32,000 nt of DNA from an uncultured archaeon (GTDB lineage: Archaea > Thermoproteota > Nitrososphaeria > Nitrososphaerales > Gagatemarchaeaceae), in assembly GCA_963799775.1 (NCBI GenBank), contig CAWCYD010000002.1, positions 296,990 to 328,989 on the forward strand. The letters are read 5' to 3'. The notes under the pieces are model-generated. The model did not search any database. It saw only the letters and a program-made list of their open reading frames with translations, and was not told the origin of the DNA. Each line of letters opens with the position of its first letter. The first letter of the stretch is position 1. Shown here piece after piece: positions 26,044 through 32,000 of this stretch. The position numbers and the translations under genes are program-made.

Positions 26044-26175
26044 CTACACATAACACCAGCTCTTCAGGCGCTCGACTACCTCTTGACCCAGGACTACCTC
26101 TTCGGCTTTGGCCTTGTCCTCGGCCGAGCTCTTGGCAGTCGCAGTCGCTCGCGCATGGGAGCCTGTGATCTTCAC
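26044..26175 (-). other. 43-codon upstream ORF (GTG start, TAG stop), in the same frame as sir; coding status uncertain
   Basis: MKITGSHARATATAKSSAEDKAKAEEVVLGQEVVERLKSWCYV. The GTG lies 30 nt downstream of a TTAAATAA box. The stop is 36 nt (12 codons, same frame) before the sir TTG start. Confidence 0.25.
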
Positions 26176-26197
26176 AAGCGCGAAACCGGCTTTGTGA

Positions 26198-26205
26198 TTA
26201 TTTAA
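26198..26205 (-). promoter_or_regulatory. TATA-like box TTAAATAA for the sir-side transcript
   Basis: Identical to the hemA-side box. It lies 30 nt upstream of GTG 26175. Confidence 0.45.
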
Positions 26206-26355
26206 GGCGGGCTGTCTGGAATATGAGCATACGAATAGTCAGAAGGGAATGAAAATTACCCAAGCGGATATAATGCAGGGTCAGTCTCGCGAGGGAAACG
26301 TGGACGCGGCGTCTGTGACTCCTTTGACTCCCAAGACCGCTGATGCTAACAAGCG

Positions 26356-26363
26356 TTAAATAA
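26356..26363 (+). promoter_or_regulatory. TATA-like box TTAAATAA for the hemA operon, 35 nt upstream of TTG start 26391
   Basis: Identical octamer to 26198-26205 and 10987-10994. It is bracketed by an 8-bp inverted repeat (26337-26344 / 26366-26373). Confidence 0.45.
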
Positions 26364-26390
26364 CAATCAGCGGGGGTCGTTTTTGCTTTA

Positions 26391-27701
26391 TTGAAGTCCA
26401 CTCTGGTCGAGCAACCGGAGACCCCTTCCCCGTCTGAAGGCAGAAGCTCCGAGGCTAAAGACGATCCGGCTCTCAGAGGAAATTCGAGCCGTCGAGGAGC
26501 GACGAGGACATCCTCGGTCATCTTGTTTGGAACCTCCTTCAAGACGTCCCCGCTGGCTTTCAGGGAGGGGTTGATCTCTCGCCTCGACCGCGATTCTGCG
26601 AAGCTGCCCAAGGTGTTGGCTGTCAGGGAGTATGCCCAACTTGTCACCTGCAACAGGATAGAGATTCTAGTATCGACTCACTCCCTATGGCGCTCCGAGC
26701 AGGCCTTCATGCGATGGCTCTCGAAGACGCCCGGGCTGAAGCCAGGTTTCGTCTACAGCCACAAAGGCGTGGACGCGATAGGCCACATCTTCAGGGTCGC
26801 GGCAGGTCTCGACTCGATGGTCCTGGGAGAGGAGCAGATCCTGTCGCAGGTGAAAGAAGCGGGGATTGCCGCGCGAACCGCGAAGTCCTCTCGGGGCAGC
26901 CTCTCGGCGCTCTTTGACGCATCAGTGGGAGTAGGGAAGAGAGTGCGCGCGGGCCTGAGACAACCAAACGTCTCCGTCAGCTCGATGGCGTTGAGCTTCG
27001 CTTTGGGACGGCTGCCCGAAGAACCTCGGAACGTATTACTCATCGGGACCGGGAAGACGACGAGGTTAGCGGCGAGCCAACTTCGCAACTCAAAGCTCTA
27101 TTTCGTGACACGGAGAGCTTCTTTCCCGTCCTTCTCCAACGCAGTCCTGGTCACGCAAAGAGACTTGAGGCGAGTCGCCTCGAAATGTGAGCTCATTGTC
27201 TCGGCGACCAAACACGACGGATATCTCCTGAAGAAGGGCGATCTTGATTCCAAGGGGCACGTGATACTTGACCTGGCCTTCCCGCGGAACGTCGACCCAG
27301 ATCTCAACAGTGGTTCGACCCAGGTCTACAACCTAGACGATCTGGCCAAGGTCTTCGAGTCTAACCCACGGGAAGGTCACGACGCGAGGCTGGCCGAAGA
27401 GCTTGTGCGCGAGGAGGCCGAGAGCTTCGCGCGGTGGCTTCTCGCTAGCCGTCAGTCGTCGATGCTCGGTCAAGTCTACCGGTGGGCCGAGAACGTTCGG
27501 AAGGAGGAGGCGGGGGCCGCCCTCAGGCGACTGCCGAACCTTTCCGAGAGGCAGAAGATCGTCGTCGAGGCGATGAGTAAGAGATTGGTGAGCAAGCTCC
27601 TCTCGCCGCCCACGGCCTTTGCAAAGTCGTCTAGCCCCGAGCTCCCTCAGGACCAGCGTCTCGACCTGGTAAAACGCATCTTCGACCAGAGGCGAGAGTG
27701 A
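26391..27701 (+). CDS. hemA: Glutamyl-tRNA reductase
   Basis: 436 aa, intact. The catalytic-Cys motif VTCNRIEIL, GLDSMVLGEEQILSQVK and the dimerisation helix region are present. About 40 aa of Ser/Pro/Arg-rich sequence precede the conserved core. Confidence 0.85.
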   Translation: MKSTLVEQPETPSPSEGRSSEAKDDPALRGNSSRRGATRTSSVILFGTSFKTSPLAFREGLISRLDRDSAKLPKVLAVREYAQLVTCNRIEILVSTHSLWRSEQAFMRWLSKTPGLKPGFVYSHKGVDAIGHIFRVAAGLDSMVLGEEQILSQVKEAGIAARTAKSSRGSLSALFDASVGVGKRVRAGLRQPNVSVSSMALSFALGRLPEEPRNVLLIGTGKTTRLAASQLRNSKLYFVTRRASFPSFSNAVLVTQRDLRRVASKCELIVSATKHDGYLLKKGDLDSKGHVILDLAFPRNVDPDLNSGSTQVYNLDDLAKVFESNPREGHDARLAEELVREEAESFARWLLASRQSSMLGQVYRWAENVRKEEAGAALRRLPNLSERQKIVVEAMSKRLVSKLLSPPTAFAKSSSPELPQDQRLDLVKRIFDQRRE

Positions 27702-28623
27702 TGGTCCTCCTGACCGTGAGGATCGGCGCGCGTTCCAGCAAGCTCTCAAAGGCACAGGCTTCCATCGTCTCGGGCCTACTCAAAAAGACCTCGGCGGACG
27801 AGCTCGAACTCGAGTTCGTCGCGGTCAGCACCCTGGGCGACCGACTTGTCGCGTCCAAGAAAGATCTTGGCAAGGCGGGGGCGAAGGGAGCGTTCACGGG
27901 GGACTTGGAGACGATGCTCTTGGAGCGAAAGATCGATATCGCGATACACAGCATGAAGGACCTCCCAAGCCAGGAAAGCGATGGGCTGGAGATTGGGGCG
28001 ACCCCGGCAAGGACGGACCCCAGAGACGTCCTTGTCACACGGAAGGGCGAAACGATGACGACGCTTCGGAGGAACGCGAAGATCGGAACGAGCAGTCTCC
28101 GAAGGAGGGCACAGCTCTTGAGGCTCAGGCAGGACCTGAAAATCGTAGAACTTCATGGAAACATCGACACCCGTCTCCGAAAGGTCGAAGAGAACGCCGA
28201 AGGTCTTGACGGGCTTGTAGTCGCATCAGCTGGTCTGCACCGACTGGGAGAAGCCGCGAGGATCTCCCAGACCTTCTCCATCGACGAGATGGTGCCCGCC
28301 GTGGGTCAGGGGATAATCGCCGTCCAGATGAGGAAGAGGCACCCGACATTGAGGCTCTTATATCCAAGATCGACGACGAGACCACAAGGCTCGAGTCCCG
28401 ATGCGAGCGAGCGTTCGCCAAGAGGCTCGGTGCCGACTGCAATGTTCCCGTTGGAGGTTGCGCCCGGGTCTCGGGAGAGAGGATCGAGATCTTTGGGATG
28501 CTCGCGAACGACGACGGGAGCGGGCTGAGGCGTAAGTCCTCTGCCGGACGCAAGGGCGAGGCTGCCGAGCTTGGGAGGAAACTGGCTGAGGAGCTCCTTG
28601 CGGAAAGAGGAGCAGCATCTTGA
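27698..28623 (+). CDS. hemC: Porphobilinogen deaminase (hydroxymethylbilane synthase), one frameshift near 28331-28333
   Basis: RIGARSSKLSKAQA, IAIHSMKDLP, IGTSSLRR..QL, GNIDTRL.K and VPAVGQGIIAV are in ORF 27698..28528. The cofactor-Cys region ERAFAKRLGADCNVPVGG is readable in the +2 frame through to TGA 28621-28623. Confidence 0.85.
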
Positions 28624-29412
28624 AAGCGCAGATCGAGACGGGCCGAAGGATCTCGAAGGTCGTCATAACGAGATCGAGCAAGGGGAACAGAGATCTTGCC
28701 GAGAAGCTACGGTCCCGTGGTTTCGAGCCTGTCCCTATCGAGACCATAGAATTCCTGCCTCCGAAAGGCTGGTCTCTCGTCGACTCTAGCCTCCGCGCCC
28801 TGAGCGAGTTCGACTGGGTGGTCTTCACATCGGGGACGGGCGTGAGTTTCTTTGCATCAAGGATGGAAAGCCTCTCTATCCCTCTGGCATGGCGAGCCAA
28901 GCCATTCGTCGCAGCGATCGGAGAGAAGACCAGTGAGGAACTTCAAAAGGTCGGAGTGAGGGTCGACTTCGTCCCGTCCAGTTACACCACTAAGACCCTC
29001 GCGGACGAGCTTCCTAGGGGCCAGGGAAAGAGAGTTCTGATATTGCGGGCAGACATAGGCAGTCCTGGATTCGTTCCAAGGCTGGAAAGAAACGGCTTCC
29101 AAGTGAACGAAGTGGTGATCTACAGGCACCTCCACGGTCATCGAGGAGGGAGTCGAGGAGGCGCTTGAAGGTGCGGATGCGATGATTTTGGCGAGTCCTT
29201 CAGCGGTTGGCGCGCTAATGAGGAACATCGGCACGATCGAGAGCAGAGACTCAATCTTGGCGAGGATCCCCGTCTTTTGCATCGGACCGGTGACGGCAGA
29301 CGCCGCGAAGAAAGAAGGGTTCGAGCACGTCCTCACCTCGAGGACGCAGACGATAGAAGGAGTCCTGGGGCTGCTAGAGTCCAAGGCCGGGGAGGGTGAC
29401 AAGGATTGCTAG
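28620..29412 (+). CDS. hemD: Uroporphyrinogen-III synthase, one frameshift near 29127
   Basis: ORFs 28620..29168 and 29182..29412 join as ...VVIYR/TSTVIEEGVEEALEGADAMILASPSAVGAL. It shows the HEM4 pattern (VVITRS...FDWVVFTSGTGV...AAIGEKTSEEL...GKRVLILRAD). The TTG start overlaps the hemC stop (TTGA). Confidence 0.75.
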
Positions 29413-30407
29413 AGGAACGCGGGTTCTCGGGAAGAAGGAACGATGAGAGACTGCGCAGACTCAGGCGGACCGAGACGATTCGGGAGCTGGTCAAGGAGAA
29501 CCGGGTGCATCCCTCCAGCCTCATGGCTCCGGTCTTCGTCAGAGACGGAGCACGGATAGTGGAACCGATAGACTCTATGCCTGGTATCTTCCGCTATTCT
29601 GTCGACAGAGTATCCGATTACGTTGGCAAGCTGGCGGAGGAGGGCGTCAGGTCGGTGTTGCTTTTCGGTCTTCCGGACACTAAGGACGAGTCAGCGAGCC
29701 AGGCATACGCGAGCGAAGCCGTTGTCCCTCGGGCGATAAGGGAGCTGAAGAGTCATTTCCAGTCGGTCATCGTCGCGGCAGACGTCTGCCTCTGCGAATA
29801 CACCTCGAACGGCCACTGCGGGGTGATGGAAAATGGAAGCGTGAGCAACCGGAAGACCCTACCTTTGCTTTCCAAGGCCGCTCTCGAATACGCCGATGCG
29901 GGTGCAGACATCGTCTGCCCCAGCGCGATGATGGACGGCCAGGTGATGGCGATACGAGCGGCGCTGGATCAGTCCAGACGCGAGGATTGCCTCGTCATGG
30001 GTTATTCCGCAAAGTACGCCTCTTCTTTCTACGGGCCTTTCAGGGATGCCGCCAACTCCGCTCCTGCCTTTGGCGACAGGAGAGGCTACCAGATGAATCC
30101 AGCGAACGTGAGGGAGGCGATGAGGGAGATCGATTCGGACATCCGAGAGGGAGCCGACATCGTGATGGTGAAACCCGCGTTGGCATGTCTGGATGTCATA
30201 AGCAAGGCGAGGGCAAGGTTCGACATCCCACTGGCGGCTTACAGCGTGAGCGGAGAATACGCGATGATAAAGGCGGCGAGCGAGAAAGGCTGGCTGGACG
30301 AGAAGAGCGCGGCGATGGAGGTCACGATGGCGATAAAGAGGGCGGGAGCGGACGTCATAATCTCCTACTTCGCCGAGCAGCTGGCGATCTGGCTGAGAGA
30401 GGACTAG
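29406..30407 (+). CDS. hemB: Porphobilinogen synthase (ALA dehydratase), Zn-type
   Basis: 333 aa, intact. RLRRLRRTETIRELV, the Cys-rich metal site DVCLCEYTSNGHCG, active-site Lys contexts (MVKPA), and SGEYAM. Confidence 0.9.
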   Translation: MLEERGFSGRRNDERLRRLRRTETIRELVKENRVHPSSLMAPVFVRDGARIVEPIDSMPGIFRYSVDRVSDYVGKLAEEGVRSVLLFGLPDTKDESASQAYASEAVVPRAIRELKSHFQSVIVAADVCLCEYTSNGHCGVMENGSVSNRKTLPLLSKAALEYADAGADIVCPSAMMDGQVMAIRAALDQSRREDCLVMGYSAKYASSFYGPFRDAANSAPAFGDRRGYQMNPANVREAMREIDSDIREGADIVMVKPALACLDVISKARARFDIPLAAYSVSGEYAMIKAASEKGWLDEKSAAMEVTMAIKRAGADVIISYFAEQLAIWLRED

Positions 30408-30422
30408 CGAGGAGACAGAGAG

Positions 30423-31152
30423 ATGGAAGAGCACGCGACCGTCAGAACCGAGGAGACTAAAGGGGAGACGCGGTTCCTAAAGTACACTTTCTTCAAGGTA
30501 GCAAGGGATTGGCGACTCCTCGCGGAAGGGGAGAAAAAGTCAGCACGGGAGGAGCTGGTCTCTCTTCTCGGCAAGCACGAATCGACGATGAAGCTCCAGC
30601 TCTTCTCTCTCGTGGGGATCCGCGGAGACACGGATTTCCTCATCCTGGCCGAGTCGAATGGACCTCGACCTGTTCCAGGAGCTCGTCTCGGGCATCCTCG
30701 CGACCCGGATAGGAGGTTACCTGGACGTCCCATACTCGTACCTGGCGATGACCAGGCGCTCGCACTATCTTGGGTCGCACAAACACCCCGGACAGGAAGG
30801 GGCCCGAATAGAAGTGAACGAGACTAGCAAGTCCAGGTACATCTTCGTCTATCCATTCATCAAGAAGCGCACCTGGTACGCATTGCCCTTCTCAGAGCGC
30901 CAGAGGATGATGGCAGAGCACTTCAAGGTCGGCCACAAGTATCCCATGGTCAAGATCAACACTGGATACTCGTTCGGGATCGACGACCAGGAGTTCGTGC
31001 TGGCGTTCGAGGCCGACGACCCAGCGGACTTTTTTCGGCCCTCGTCGAGGAGCTCATGGACCTCGGAGGCGAGCATGTACACGGAGCTGGAGACGCCCAT
31101 CTTCACTTGCGCGAGGACCGATGCCGCGCGGCTCCTCGAGCTCCTCGGCTGA
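30423..31152 (+). CDS. hemQ: Chlorite dismutase family protein (HemQ/ChdC-like), one net frameshift near 30657 plus an internal compensated pair at 31030-31059
   Basis: ORFs 30423..30827 and 30658..31152 join as ...FLILAES/(M)DLDLFQELV. The C-terminal domain has YIFVYPFIKKRTWYALPFSERQRMMAEHFKVGHKY (proximal-His region), then INTGYSFGIDDQEFVLAFEADD. The family assignment is from motif recall. Confidence 0.65.
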
Positions 31153-31158
31153 AATAAC
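31151..31158 (+). promoter_or_regulatory. TATA-like box GAAATAAC, 31 nt upstream of the hemL TTG start (31182)
   Basis: A/T-rich octamer overlapping the upstream gene's stop codon, at the recurrent spacing. Confidence 0.3.
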
Positions 31159-31181
31159 CAGACTGGCATCGGGGTTAGAAC

Positions 31182-32000
31182 TTGGCGAAAAAGTCCTCCG
31201 GTTCTCATCCACGTTCGGACGCTCTTTTCACCCGCGCGGAGAAGGTGATGGTCGGCGGAGTCAGCAGTCCTGTCAGGGCGTTCAAGGCGGTCGGGGGCAC
31301 GCCGATCTTCATCTCTCGCGGGAGAGGCTCGCACGTCCTCGACGTAGACGAGAACTCATACATCGACTACGTCTGCTCTTGGGGGCCCCTCGTCCTCGGG
31401 CATTCCCATCCGAAGGTCGTGAAGGCGGTGACGGACCAGCTTAAGAGAGGTACGAGCTTCGGAGCACCCACAGAGGCGGAACTGAAGCTGGCCGAGAAGA
31501 TCTGCACCTCCGTAGAGAGCATCGAGAGAGTCAGGTTCGTGAACTCCGGGACCGAGGCCACGATGTCCGCGGTCAGGCTGGCCAGGGGATATACAAAGCG
31601 CGACAAGATCCTGAAGTTCGACGGTTGTTACCACGGTCACGCCGACCCGTTCCTGACGGTCGGAGGCTCAGGGCTGGCTACTTTCGACGTGCCATTCTCC
31701 GCCGGAGTCACGAAATCGACGGCCGCAGACACGATGAGCATCCCCTACAACGACCTTCCTTCACTCGAGTCCGCTTTCAGGTCCCACGGCTCCGAGATCG
31801 CCGCCGTCATCGTCGAGCCGGTAGCAGGCAACATGTCCGTCGTCCCACCCGAGACGGGCTTCCTCGACGCGCTCAGGCGTCTGTGCACGGACGCCGGGTC
31901 GCTCCTGATATTCGACGAGGTCATCACAGGATTCCGCCTCTCGCCGGGAGGAGCGCAGAAAGTATTCGGCGTGAGACCCGACATCACATGCCTCGGCAAG
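31182..32000 (+). CDS. hemL: Glutamate-1-semialdehyde 2,1-aminomutase, 5' 273 codons; gene runs off the window end
   Basis: My translation gives (M)[78 protein letters not shown]...[20 protein letters not shown]...[10 protein letters not shown]...[11 protein letters not shown]. It is not in the ORF track because there is no stop inside the window. Confidence 0.85.
   Translation, partial: MAKKSSGSHPRSDALFTRAEKVMVGGVSSPVRAFKAVGGTPIFISRGRGSHVLDVDENSYIDYVCSWGPLVLGHSHPKVVKAVTDQLKRGTSFGAPTEAELKLAEKICTSVESIERVRFVNSGTEATMSAVRLARGYTKRDKILKFDGCYHGHADPFLTVGGSGLATFDVPFSAGVTKSTAADTMSIPYNDLPSLESAFRSHGSEIAAVIVEPVAGNMSVVPPETGFLDALRRLCTDAGSLLIFDEVITGFRLSPGGAQKVFGVRPDITCLGK

Noticed and set aside
26044-26046. 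In-frame TAG upstream of sir as a pyrrolysine codon
   Set aside because: TAG clearly terminates several well-supported genes in this window (for example at 3281, 5925, 16065, 29412 and 30407). There is therefore no sign of amber-codon depletion or recoding. I did not see pyl genes, though I could not search the rest of the genome.
25292-26056. 254-aa minus-strand ORF overlapping sir in another frame
   Set aside because: The sir frame carries clear sulfite reductase motifs. This frame is Arg/Gly/His-rich noise.
26249-26359. 36-codon plus-strand ORF (MKITQADIMQGQSREGNVDAASVTPLTPKTADANKR) between the two TATA boxes
   Set aside because: It sits upstream of the hemA TATA box, with no promoter box at the usual spacing and no convincing SD. 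The shared MKIT start with the minus-strand upstream ORF is probably coincidence. I mention it only because the spacer is unexplained.
26198-26653. 151-aa minus-strand ORF spanning the divergent promoter region and the hemA 5' end
   Set aside because: It runs antisense through hemA and across both TATA boxes, and it has no motif or sensible start context.

Overview
High-GC (roughly 60% by eye), gene-dense segment that looks archaeal. A/T-rich TATA-like boxes sit about 30 nt upstream of many start codons, and the content includes a Pyrococcus-type protein disulfide oxidoreductase and DUF169. I can support 34 protein-coding genes. I found no rRNA, tRNA, CRISPR array, transposase or integrase. 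Left to right: (1) a partial PEP synthase/PPDK N-terminus, DUF72 and a HAD hydrolase. (2) Two tandem paralogous surface proteins (N-terminal anchor, Ser/Thr stalk, YVTN-type beta-propeller) with a duplicated promoter module, followed by a polytopic membrane protein. (3) A sulfur-handling neighbourhood: two-domain disulfide oxidoreductase, Cys-rich DUF169, small AAA ATPase, tusA, yeeE and a small membrane protein. (4) Assorted membrane, transport and housekeeping genes: MFS, dienelactone hydrolase, aldo/keto reductase. (5) A cell-surface/glycosylation group: a Ser/Thr-rich secreted protein, a membrane-tethered winged-helix regulator with an extracellular Ser/Thr stalk, a GT-C glycosyltransferase and a GNA1-type GlcN6P acetyltransferase. 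(6) A CBS/Zn-ribbon protein, a tandem Usp, and a nuclease-like/SnoaL fusion. (7) Two divergent tetrapyrrole operons sharing one control region: sir-hemD2-sirC-cobA (sulfite reductase plus its siroheme branch) and hemA-hemC-hemD-hemB-(chlorite-dismutase/HemQ-like)-hemL. The main caveat is that at least 16 frameshifts interrupt 11 clearly recognisable genes, so the ORF track splits many genes into two or three pieces. I joined these pieces by following domain continuity. I did not find one self-evident new system. The observations I rate highest are the divergent sir/hem control region (identical TATA boxes, a leaderless upstream ORF in frame with sir across a TAG, an inverted repeat bracketing the hemA TATA), the Cld-family gene inside the hem operon, the membrane-tethered wHTH regulator, the duplicated stalked beta-propeller proteins, and the many apparently leaderless TTG/GTG starts.
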